From assembly GCA_029856365.1 (NCBI GenBank), contig JAHQWW010000011.1, positions 1 through 57,924 of the forward strand: a DNA stretch of 57,924 nt, given 5' to 3'. How positions within the stretch are numbered: the first letter of the stretch is position 1; every line of letters begins with the position of its first letter. This document shows positions 29,752 through 38,982 of the stretch, piece by piece. The position numbers and the translations under genes were made by a program. Source of the DNA: Candidatus Hodarchaeota archaeon. GTDB lineage: Archaea; Asgardarchaeota; Heimdallarchaeia; Hodarchaeales; Hodarchaeaceae. Under the pieces are notes generated by a model that was not told the DNA's origin, did no database searches, and saw only the letters and a list, made by a program, of their open reading frames with translations.

Positions 29752-29843
29752 AAGATGTTATTCAGGAACATAGACAAGATAAGATTTATACAACTGAATT
29801 TCTTTCTAAAAATAAATACATCAACATAAAAATTGATGGATAA

Positions 29844-31478
29844 ATGATGTCTTTGGAAAAAAACAGCACAACTAGAATTATTATTTTTTCTGACCTCCAC
29901 ATTAGTAAATTTTCTGGCTATTTTCATGAGGAAGCGTTCACGAATGGTATTATGAGTATCGCACAAGAGATAAGGACAAATCCTGAAACTATTATATTAA
30001 ATCTGGGGGATATTACTGACCAAGGAACTATTGAGGACTATAATTATGCTAATGCGTTGATCAAAGGAACCTTCGCTACACATGGGGTAGAAAATCCCAT
30101 CATCCATTACATCCCAGGAAATCACGACTTCCGGAATATTGGTAGAGAAATATGGCATGATTTATACGGACCACGTCATTTTTTCATTGATACGACAAAA
30201 ACTGGCGGTAATCTTGTCATTCTTGGAATAGATTCTGTCGAACCAGACGCTGATAGTGGACGTATCGGCTCACGGGGACGAGATGAGATATTTGCAAGAC
30301 TCTCTTCTTATCCAGATGAGGTAGTAAAAATTCTCACGTTTCATCATCACTTATTACCTATTCCACACACAGGACGCGAACGAAGCATGATTCGGGACGC
30401 AGGCGATGTCCTCCCTGCATTGTGGGACGTTGGAGTCGATATTGTTATCGTAGGTCATCGTCATTTCCCAAATTGGTTTAGTATTTCCAATGGGAGAAGA
30501 AGAATGCTATTAATTAACAATGGAACGTTTTCTAGTCATAAAACTCGAGGAAAAGCTGGCCATGTTTATTTATCTTTAGAGGTTTCAAATCAACAAGTAC
30601 AAGTCCAATTTCATGGTATTGATAGGTATTCTATTTTTCAAAAGCTTACAACTTCAACTCATCCTTTGAAAGATGGAATTCTAACTTCTTACTCTCTACC
30701 TCAACCTTCTGAACATATTGTTGCCAAAATTTGTCATATGGGTTGTATCCATTTCACAGAGGGAAAAGATTTCCGGAGAGATATTTTTGATAAGGGTATT
30801 GAAATGGTTCTTGAAGAAAAACCATCTATAATCGTTTATTGTGGTGGATTAACCAATGATTCATATGAAGAAGACTATAATATGGCTAAAAGATTTCTTG
30901 ATACTCTAAAAGAGAAGAATATTCCAGTAGTTTTAGTGCCAGGAACACGAGATCTCCAACCTTTTGGTCAAAAACTTTGGTATAAACAAGTAGGGGCTTT
31001 AAACCCTATTTACGATGACGAAAGAAATCATATTCATGTTTTTGGAATTAATACGGGACCTGAACAGAATGGCCTTATCGGTAGACATAATTTAAAGTTG
31101 TTAGAAGATGATTTTGATAAGTTTAAAGACAAGAGAATCTTTATCATGTTAATGCATCACTCCTGTATGCCCGTCCCTCAAACAGCATTCGAACGGACTA
31201 TAAAAGACGCGGGAGATGTACTTGAATTTTTCACTCAACATAAAATCCCTTTAATTTTATCGGGTTTAGGCCATTCAGCGGGAGCATTGCAGGTTGAAGA
31301 GAGCGTCTTTCTTAATTCAGGCACTTTTTCTTCCAGAAAAATCCGATCAGAGAAGAGAAATACTTACAATATTCTGACTATCTATAGTAATAAAGTTCTT
31401 GTTGTAGAGGAAATCGAAATTCATAGCTCTAAAAGACACCACCTAGGCAGTTTTAGAATCCCTATTCCCAAAGTATGA
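29844..31478 (+). CDS. Tandem calcineurin-like metallophosphoesterase (second domain degenerate)
   Basis: Domain 1 has SDLH, GDITD, GNHD, HHH and GHRH. The equivalent positions in domain 2 read GCIH, GGLTN, GTRD, MHH and GLGH. Confidence 0.85.
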   Translation: MMSLEKNSTTRIIIFSDLHISKFSGYFHEEAFTNGIMSIAQEIRTNPETIILNLGDITDQGTIEDYNYANALIKGTFATHGVENPIIHYIPGNHDFRNIGREIWHDLYGPRHFFIDTTKTGGNLVILGIDSVEPDADSGRIGSRGRDEIFARLSSYPDEVVKILTFHHHLLPIPHTGRERSMIRDAGDVLPALWDVGVDIVIVGHRHFPNWFSISNGRRRMLLINNGTFSSHKTRGKAGHVYLSLEVSNQQVQVQFHGIDRYSIFQKLTTSTHPLKDGILTSYSLPQPSEHIVAKICHMGCIHFTEGKDFRRDIFDKGIEMVLEEKPSIIVYCGGLTNDSYEEDYNMAKRFLDTLKEKNIPVVLVPGTRDLQPFGQKLWYKQVGALNPIYDDERNHIHVFGINTGPEQNGLIGRHNLKLLEDDFDKFKDKRIFIMLMHHSCMPVPQTAFERTIKDAGDVLEFFTQHKIPLILSGLGHSAGALQVEESVFLNSGTFSSRKIRSEKRNTYNILTIYSNKVLVVEEIEIHSSKRHHLGSFRIPIPKV

Positions 31479-31641
31479 TATCATTGGGATTTTAGTAAAG
31501 AAATTATAAACTCAGATCCACGTTAGGATTATTGATGGGACTCGAAAATTCAAGTAATTCAAGATGTTTTACATTAAAAAAAAGAAAAAAGAGAATGAAA
31601 TGCAGGTATGGGGTCGTTAGGTTGGTTTGGGGGGAATTAAG

Positions 31642-31917
31642 TTATTTCTGCATTTTTTGATATGCTTCAACGATTTTTGCAATCTCAAAAATCGGTGTAA
31701 AGGTGAATTCCATCTCTGGCGCATAATATAACGCCAGATTGGTTAAATGTTCCGGATTATCTGTCTCATATAATTGAAAACCCCTGAATTCTCCACCTAA
31801 TCCATAACCTTCAGTAATTGTCTCAGGAAAATCAGGCCAAGAGTCTTGATCTAAGTATTTTTTTAGGACTTTATCGAAGTCCTTGGGATCTAACTCCCAA
31901 AATCCAATATATTTCAT
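31642..31917 (-). CDS. DUF3303-like small alpha/beta protein
   Basis: MKYIGFWE, RGFQLYETDNPEHL and EFTFTPIFE match the GYD/DUF3303 pattern. Confidence 0.65.
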   Translation of the reverse strand: MKYIGFWELDPKDFDKVLKKYLDQDSWPDFPETITEGYGLGGEFRGFQLYETDNPEHLTNLALYYAPEMEFTFTPIFEIAKIVEAYQKMQK

Positions 31918-32183
31918 CTTTTCATCTCTCCATTACTAGTCAGTATTTCAATGCTTTCTTATGGTGACAAGTTGAGGAGGCATAAGAAGCAGACTAAAAT
32001 TTCTGCTTATATTATTTTGCATTAAAATACAAATTAATCATCAAACTTCAAAAAAATGTCTAAACTCACCAAAACAAAATTATTTTCTACTTTTCATCTC
32101 TCAAATAGCAATATGCGGATATTCTGTTCAGATTCTCTTTTAAATTTCAGTGAACTGACCAAACCGCGAGGCGATAACTCAGT

Positions 32184-32516
32184 ATGACCTTAAATAAGAT
32201 TGGTTCAACATCAAAGAAAATAAGTTTCAATGTGCCAACTTACTTGGAATTTCTTCCTCCATTGAAATTATCAAATTTAACTCCAACTGAACAAAAAGTG
32301 TATCTTCAATTGTCGTTAGAGTATCAGATTGTAATGGAAAACGCCCCTAGTTTTCAGATGGGTGCCTATAAATGGAATAAATTGCTTCCAGAACGTCTGG
32401 AGATGTATGGCATTACCTTTGATGAATGGGAGAGGATTTCTACCATTGGTGACGATAATGATGAGATTCAAGACCAACTGAGTGTACTAGTCGAGAGACT
32501 TGAAAAAGCTTCATGA
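32184..32516 (+). CDS. Hypothetical protein
   Basis: 110-aa ORF with GAGGCG upstream; no recognisable motif. Confidence 0.6.
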   Translation: MTLNKIGSTSKKISFNVPTYLEFLPPLKLSNLTPTEQKVYLQLSLEYQIVMENAPSFQMGAYKWNKLLPERLEMYGITFDEWERISTIGDDNDEIQDQLSVLVERLEKAS

Positions 32517-32574
32517 TAAAGCTAATGCAGTTTCATGATAATTATGGAGTTTGAATGTCCTTCTTGAATAAAAA

Positions 32575-33765
32575 TTAATTGTACTTGAGCTTTTTTAAGG
32601 AATAACTAATCACCACTAGACCGATTATCGTCGTTATAAATGTATATGGTGTGACTCTAGATTCGGTTGTCATAGAGGTAGTAATATTTGAGCTAGTAGT
32701 CTTTTCAGTTGTTATAGTACTCTGAGTTATTTCAGTTGTTGATGTAGTTGTCTCTGCTGGAGGAGCGAGAATTTGAAATGAATCGCCAAGAGTTGTTGAC
32801 TTGTTACTTTCATGGAAAATAAGTGTATCCACATTGACGCTTAAATTTCCACCTACATTTACCACTGTAACATTACAATAGTGATATTCTGAGAAATATA
32901 CATCTCCCTCTTGCCATTCCGAGAGATCTTCATTAGTATACAGGTCTGCACCCGCACCACCTGTAGTTATATAAGTAGTGTCATTACGGATAGTACGATA
33001 ATAGTAATGGTCATGGCCAGAAAACATTAAGTCGACATCATATTGCAGCAAGATCGGTTCGAGGACACTACGGGCATTTTGAGCATCTCGAACCCGACCA
33101 GCATTACGGATCGAGTAACAAGGACGGTGGAACACCGCTACCACGAAATCAATTGTGTTATTTTCAAGATCACCGATAAGCCATGATTTTTGGTCAGGTG
33201 TGATATTAAATTTGCCATTCCAATATTCTTCTGTGTTTATGAATACAAAGTGTATTTGATTTTTATAATTAAAGCTATAATATCGTTCATTTCCAGGTAA
33301 ATCAACGTTTACTAGGTAAGTAGAGAAATCATCATCATCATCACCATAGTCTCCAGGCCCTTCAGCATAGGTATATATTTCATGGTTTCCTACCGCATAA
33401 TAAAAAGGAATATTCTTATTAGTAGCATTTTCGATGTCTTCGAAAAATCTATCCCAGTCATCCTGTTCCCCTCCCGACGCGACCATATCTCCAGTGTGTA
33501 CAATAAATTCAACATTTGGATTATCTTCAACAATTGAATTTATCAATGCAGCTCTAATTGGATTACTACTATTTTCATGAGAATACTGTTCACGTACGCT
33601 ATCCCAAGTGCCTAATTGTTGGCGACTATCTCCTAATGCTATAAAATGCCATGAGCTCATAGTATTTGTACTCGCCGTGTCTTTATAACTACTTTCAGCT
33701 GAAATAGATCCTGAAGAGGAAATTAAAATAACCATTAAGAATAATAGAATTAATTCAATCTTCAT
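32575..33765 (-). CDS. Secreted metallophosphoesterase (purple acid phosphatase-like) with Thr/Ser stalk and C-terminal anchor
   Basis: GDSR, HTGDMV, GNHE, FHRP and SGHDHYY, then a T/S-rich linker and the tail TPYTFITTIIGLVVISYSLKKLK. Confidence 0.88.
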   Translation of the reverse strand: MKIELILLFLMVILISSSGSISAESSYKDTASTNTMSSWHFIALGDSRQQLGTWDSVREQYSHENSSNPIRAALINSIVEDNPNVEFIVHTGDMVASGGEQDDWDRFFEDIENATNKNIPFYYAVGNHEIYTYAEGPGDYGDDDDDFSTYLVNVDLPGNERYYSFNYKNQIHFVFINTEEYWNGKFNITPDQKSWLIGDLENNTIDFVVAVFHRPCYSIRNAGRVRDAQNARSVLEPILLQYDVDLMFSGHDHYYYRTIRNDTTYITTGGAGADLYTNEDLSEWQEGDVYFSEYHYCNVTVVNVGGNLSVNVDTLIFHESNKSTTLGDSFQILAPPAETTTSTTEITQSTITTEKTTSSNITTSMTTESRVTPYTFITTIIGLVVISYSLKKLKYN

Positions 33766-33879
33766 CTTAGCTCATCTTTTTTCCCATGCTCCCATATTTT
33801 AAATGTTATTATAAACTCTTAGTTCTTCAATCCATGGGCTATAATTATAGGTAGAATGAAAAGTAGAGGTATTATAAGT

Positions 33880-34293
33880 ATGAAAAAATTAATAGATGAT
33901 CGTTATTTGAAGACAGCTTTCCTTGTTGGTGGAATCTATGACATATTACTTGGAATTCCTATGTTATTTCTCCCTGATTTGACTGCAACTCTGTTAAACG
34001 TCACTAAACCAGAACCAATAATTTGGGCTCAAACCAGTGGGGTATTTCTAATTATCGTTGGATATTTTTTGTTAATTGGTACTCAAGATGCACGAAGACT
34101 AGCCTTTATTGGAGTAGGTTCGGCTGTGATTCGCTTAGGATATGCAACACTGACAGTTTTGTCATGGCTAACAATAGGTATTGAAATGGGGTACATGTTA
34201 GTAGCTATGACTGATACACTCACAGCCATCATACTTTTGGTTCCCATATTCTTAACCGAGGAGGTTTCTTGGAAACAATTATGGGAATTATAG
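33880..34293 (+). CDS. Four-TM hypothetical membrane protein
   Basis: Hydrophobic ORF with GIYDILLG. ATG 33880 has GAGGT upstream; the track start is 33856. Confidence 0.7.
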   Translation: MKKLIDDRYLKTAFLVGGIYDILLGIPMLFLPDLTATLLNVTKPEPIIWAQTSGVFLIIVGYFLLIGTQDARRLAFIGVGSAVIRLGYATLTVLSWLTIGIEMGYMLVAMTDTLTAIILLVPIFLTEEVSWKQLWEL

Positions 34294-34340
34294 CGTTTAC
34301 ACAAAAGATCAGCATTATTGAACATCTTAAGTATAAGAAG

Positions 34341-34700
34341 TTAGTAGCTAGTAAAAATTCCCGTCCTCAATGTAACAAGCTCTTCAATAGAGGTAATGTT
34401 TTCAATTGAGTTTTTTAAGAGAATGACTTCTTCTAAAGAAACCTCTTCCTTTGTTACAAGAAAATCAAGAATATTAATGAAACGATTCTTGGCATGAGGA
34501 AAATCAATTCTTGCTTCTGGAATAGAAGTGAAAGCAAAGGCTAATTTTTCTTTTAAACTTGCATTAGGTACTCTTAAAGCATTGTGCACCGTTTGGATAA
34601 AGATTTCGTCCTCAGTTAGTTGGCTTGCAACTTCGTTTCTCTTTTTTGCTACCTCTGAACCGTCATGGGCCACTTTAGATTTTGACTGTTGTTTTTTCAC
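34341..34700 (-). CDS. Hypothetical helical protein
   Basis: 119-aa ORF filling the gap between genes; no motif recognised. Confidence 0.55.
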   Translation of the reverse strand: MKKQQSKSKVAHDGSEVAKKRNEVASQLTEDEIFIQTVHNALRVPNASLKEKLAFAFTSIPEARIDFPHAKNRFINILDFLVTKEEVSLEEVILLKNSIENITSIEELVTLRTGIFTSY

Positions 34701-34781
34701 TCATGATTCATCCAATGTTTAATATCATTTAGAATTACTCACTTCCATCTTAATAAGCTACTTTTTCTCTTTTAAAAAATT

Positions 34782-36521
34782 CTAAGATATGCAGGTATTA
34801 TTTTTCTTCTTTTCCTTCGCTATTAACAAAAAAATTATTATAAAAAGCCAGATTTCAGGAAAGGGAGTTGAATTAGCTGGACTTTCATAAGATATCTCTG
34901 GTATTGTTGTTGGAGTATTTTCCACTCCTTCTTGATAAGGAAGGCAATTGATTTTGGAAATGGTCAATGTTAAGTTGTTAAGATCATTTGAAGAGACGGG
35001 AAGAGTGACTGTACCTTCATTATTGGTGATCCCACGCCAATAATATGTAGAGTTTAATAACGTTGTAGTGACTTGACTCATTGGTTGATTATTGCTAAAT
35101 ACTTCTAAAATAGTTTTATTATTTGCATTTAAAACAGTGTGTTCAAGTTGTAACGGAATTGTTGTCCAAACAGGAACCTCTGGATCACCCATTAAGTTGT
35201 ATTGAATAAGAGTCTTTCCTGTGTCCTCCCTCTTTCCATTTAATCTTAGATTGTCATCAGCATAATCAAGTTTTGCCTCAATAAAGGCTTTTCCTGGGTG
35301 ATTATTCCCTTCTTTGAAGGATTGTTCCCAGAATCGTGAGGATAGCCCTTGAGTGTACCAACCACCATGTTCTCCATTATACCATCCTGAATCGTAGTAT
35401 GCAGAACCTGAACTGGCAATACATCCGATACCAACTGTCCGAAGAATATATTCAGAAAGACAATCTCTTGATGATGTAAAAGTACCCGTTGAACATGCAC
35501 AAAGGAAATAAAAGCCATTTTTTCCTTCAGTATTAAATGATGACGAGGTAGAAATAATTGGAGTCGAAGAACTCCTATCAAGTCCATAATCAAATAATGA
35601 ATCGTTATCAGAGTCAGTTTTGAAAATCATTCGAAACATTTCAGTGGTAGATCCATGGGCATCAAACATTCCGACACCAACTCCGTTATTGATCTCTTCA
35701 ATCACATTAGATTCATTAATAGGTTTATCAACATGATAATCAGTTGTTTTTAACCCCTCAGTTTCAGCAAGAAGTGTACTAGTCCAATCTGTGGGGAATA
35801 CATCTGTTTTTAACCAATTATGATTTCTATTTGCGTCAAATTCAGGAGCATCTTCTTCATCAAATACATTATTATCATTGGTATCAGAATTAAACCTAGC
35901 AAATGCTCCGCCAAAAAGTGCATGTTTCATCCAAGGCCCAACTGGAGGATTTTTTTCATAATTAATCAAACGTGTCACTAACTCCCTCATTTGGGTATTA
36001 TCATCAGCTGATAAGCGTCCGACATACACCTCAGCCTCCCAATCGAAGTAATCATTGATTGAGACGGAACCATCATTATTTAACCTCCAATTGTTATCTA
36101 AATTTGCGTAATATTGATCACAACTGACATGTGCATTACCCACTTTAACTGATCTAGTGGGAATGAAAGACGATCCTCCTGCAAGAACAACCCATTCTGT
36201 ATTCCTTTCTTCATAGAATTGACGGACACAATTTCTGATGCATTCTGCTAGATCTTCACCATCATAAGTCGACGAAATATTTTCAACCGTTATAATTGCT
36301 GGAATTAATCCACGTTGTAATTTCCAAATCGCTAAAGGTTGAACATCATCAATAAAAAGGTCAGATGTGATAATTAAGTAATCAACACTATGCTGGTGTG
36401 ATAATAGGGCGTTTTCTCCCCCTTTAGTCACAGTGATAGTCGGAATGAGGGGAGGTATTAGACATAAAAATGAAATTATTAACAAAATTATGATGAATAT
36501 TCGTGCATAAATTCGTTTCAT
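34782..36521 (-). CDS. Peptidase C25 (gingipain-like, clan CD), secreted with C-terminal anchor
   Basis: DYLIIT, WKLQRG, DQYYANLD, EVYVGRL, catalytic His (DAHGS) and Cys (CACSTG), YNLMGDPE, and the tail STPFPEIWLFIIIFLLIAKEKKK. Confidence 0.9.
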   Translation of the reverse strand: MKRIYARIFIIILLIISFLCLIPPLIPTITVTKGGENALLSHQHSVDYLIITSDLFIDDVQPLAIWKLQRGLIPAIITVENISSTYDGEDLAECIRNCVRQFYEERNTEWVVLAGGSSFIPTRSVKVGNAHVSCDQYYANLDNNWRLNNDGSVSINDYFDWEAEVYVGRLSADDNTQMRELVTRLINYEKNPPVGPWMKHALFGGAFARFNSDTNDNNVFDEEDAPEFDANRNHNWLKTDVFPTDWTSTLLAETEGLKTTDYHVDKPINESNVIEEINNGVGVGMFDAHGSTTEMFRMIFKTDSDNDSLFDYGLDRSSSTPIISTSSSFNTEGKNGFYFLCACSTGTFTSSRDCLSEYILRTVGIGCIASSGSAYYDSGWYNGEHGGWYTQGLSSRFWEQSFKEGNNHPGKAFIEAKLDYADDNLRLNGKREDTGKTLIQYNLMGDPEVPVWTTIPLQLEHTVLNANNKTILEVFSNNQPMSQVTTTLLNSTYYWRGITNNEGTVTLPVSSNDLNNLTLTISKINCLPYQEGVENTPTTIPEISYESPANSTPFPEIWLFIIIFLLIAKEKKKNNTCIS

Positions 36522-36800
36522 TATGACCAGCCATAAGAAATTTATTTTAGACTTAAAAAATCATAATATAAGAAATATAGATCCTTCAGCGATTTCTATC
36601 TGATGACCTTTGTAATCTAAATAAAAGACTTTTTTTCAGTGCAATAGATGTTTAACTAGAGAAGTGGATTATAAAAATAATTAATTAGCAGATTAGATTG
36701 CAGTTGTTACGACTACTGTTGTTTTGAACTTATCAATTCAGCTAATAAAAATCTCTATAATATGGTTTAAGCGGATAGATGTTGATATCAGCTTATTTCC

Positions 36801-37280
36801 TTAAGAACCTCCACCCCATTCCGTATCTTTCCAAGCCCAATCCCAGTAATCCTCATCTGTAAATTTAAGTTTTTCAACTAGATTTTTATGGAGCCGTTTC
36901 AGGAATCTATGGTGTCTAATTTCATCATTTAATATAAAATCTATTAATAATTTCTCTTTTTCATCCTCGAGATTATCCATTAATTTCTGATAAGAATCAA
37001 TAGCTCTCTTCTCAAGTCTAATATGTTCCTCTAGGTTCTGTTTTAATTGATCACTTAGTTTTTCATCCACTAATGCAAATTTTTCATGAAGACCTATAAG
37101 AGTATTTAGAAGAGACTCGTGCTTGCGTGAATCCATAGCAATACCTAAAATCATTTCACGTACTATTGCATTGTCAACATTCTTTACTGATTTCTCAGCT
37201 GCATTTACGATCAGTTTTTCCAATTCAATTTGAGCTTTGAATAACTTAATTCGTTCTTCGACATTCATTTTCCTTTTCAC
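36801..37280 (-). CDS. Ferritin-like (rubrerythrin-type four-helix) protein
   Basis: Paired E...D/E-x2-3-H helices: IELE, DSRKHE, HIRLE and DEIRHH. GTG start with AGGAG upstream. Confidence 0.8.
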   Translation of the reverse strand: MKRKMNVEERIKLFKAQIELEKLIVNAAEKSVKNVDNAIVREMILGIAMDSRKHESLLNTLIGLHEKFALVDEKLSDQLKQNLEEHIRLEKRAIDSYQKLMDNLEDEKEKLLIDFILNDEIRHHRFLKRLHKNLVEKLKFTDEDYWDWAWKDTEWGGGS

Positions 37281-37414
37281 AAACTCCTATCGATACTTAA
37301 AACAAGCTTAGGTAAATTAAAAGATCTATAATAAATTTCTCTTGTTTCTTGTAATAAATTACATTAAAAATATCTATCTACTTATTATAGAAAATTGATG
37401 AGGAATAGAAACTT

Positions 37415-38629
37415 ATGGCGGCTAAAAGGGTTGCAATAACGGGGCATGCTGGAATAGGTCATGTTCATGGTTTTGGAGGGCTTATTCAAGATGATTCGGC
37501 AGGATTCATTACAGTAGCATCAATGATTAAAGAAATATTGCATGTAAATACCCTTATTGAAGAAGTGGATGTTGACCTGCGTTCTAATACTATAAAGATT
37601 ACTACTTTGGATGGTGGTAGTTCTACTTCCATTCCAAGATGTGGAATAACACCTGGAGAAGCAACACTCATGCAAAATTTAGTTGGACAAGATGCTTTGT
37701 TCTGTCAATCCTTAACGCTAAATACTCTAGGACGAATGTACGGACAAGGTGTTCTTGAGACTCCTGTATGCCTTCAAGGAGCGTTAGCCAATTCAATTGT
37801 CAATACATTTAAGAGAAAAGGACAAAATAATTTTAAGACAACCGTTGAGAATGTTGATGTTAATTGTGGGTTAATTGGAGGTTTGACAGCTGTCATTAAT
37901 GGAGTAGATACATCACTTCTAGTAACCGTGAATCAAACAATAAATGGCCTCGGACCAGTTGAGGATTTAGAGGGAAATATTGCGTTGGGATCGAAATATG
38001 AACTTATGAAAGAACTTGACATGTTACAATGTCCCACTATAGTGGTTGAAAGCAAAGCTTACTCACCATCTTTATCAGATCATCTTAAAGAGAATACTTT
38101 TCTAATAAGAGCTCAGAAAGAAATAGATAATCCTGTAGTAGCAAATGCTTTAGTTGACTCTGTAGAGGAATTAGGATTTCCTGTCATTTTTCGAGACGAT
38201 CTTCTACCCCAGAAAATAGGATTTATGAAGCAGAATACCAGAAAGTTTGCTGATAAGATAATAAAGTATGCAAACGATCTTAAAAACACAAGTTTGGCCT
38301 CAGAAAAGGTAATATTGGTTGCTAACATAGCTAAACTGATTAGCCAAGATGCTGGAAGTATTACGTGCATATCAGATGAATTACATGATGTTGTTCGAGG
38401 TGCTGGTATGATTCCTGGAATGGCTGCAGTCATATCCTTACTAGTCACCAAAGAATATTATCAGCATTGGAAGATACCCTTATTTGAGGAAAAAGATGCA
38501 GAGATAACTAAATCTATTCTCAATCGTACTGTAAAGAAGATTTCATCGAAGATAAATAAAGCTTATAGTTATATTGAGAAACATTACACTGATATTCGTT
38601 CATTGGAACAGATTATCATTCTGAAGTAA
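37415..38629 (+). CDS. Hypothetical soluble protein with His-rich N-terminal motif
   Basis: 404-aa ORF with GAGGA RBS; motifs GHAGIGHVH, QDDSAGF, GRMYGQGVLE and GPVEDLEGN. Confidence 0.75.
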   Translation: MAAKRVAITGHAGIGHVHGFGGLIQDDSAGFITVASMIKEILHVNTLIEEVDVDLRSNTIKITTLDGGSSTSIPRCGITPGEATLMQNLVGQDALFCQSLTLNTLGRMYGQGVLETPVCLQGALANSIVNTFKRKGQNNFKTTVENVDVNCGLIGGLTAVINGVDTSLLVTVNQTINGLGPVEDLEGNIALGSKYELMKELDMLQCPTIVVESKAYSPSLSDHLKENTFLIRAQKEIDNPVVANALVDSVEELGFPVIFRDDLLPQKIGFMKQNTRKFADKIIKYANDLKNTSLASEKVILVANIAKLISQDAGSITCISDELHDVVRGAGMIPGMAAVISLLVTKEYYQHWKIPLFEEKDAEITKSILNRTVKKISSKINKAYSYIEKHYTDIRSLEQIIILK

Positions 38630-38982
38630 GTTATTGGAAAGTTGAGAATTATTAGCCATATAAGAATGTTTTTTTGCTCATTTGAAAATTACTTCAATAG
38701 ATTACGCGAATTTATCAATGTCTTAAATTTTATCAAGAAAATAAGGTGTTATTACTCCTATTAAATATTTATAAGCCATTAATTGAAATAACTAAGAATA
38801 ATCTTATAATACTGGGCTAAAGGGGTAATTATTAAAGCTAGAGCTTTCGAGGAAATCATTGCTTTTATTCATCATTTAGGAAATAAAAGGATCATCTTCA
38901 GTATTATTGTTTAAGATATCATTATACAATATAACTATTTCCTAAAGTGATATCCAGTTCTATCGTTCTAGATGAACCCTCA

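Noticed and set aside
32660-32765. Low-complexity repeats in the phosphoesterase gene
   Set aside because: They encode an ordinary Thr/Ser stalk before the membrane anchor.
36801-37280. Ferritin-like protein as encapsulin cargo
   Set aside because: There is no encapsulin shell gene in the window, and the C-terminus lacks the usual LTVGSL-like targeting peptide.
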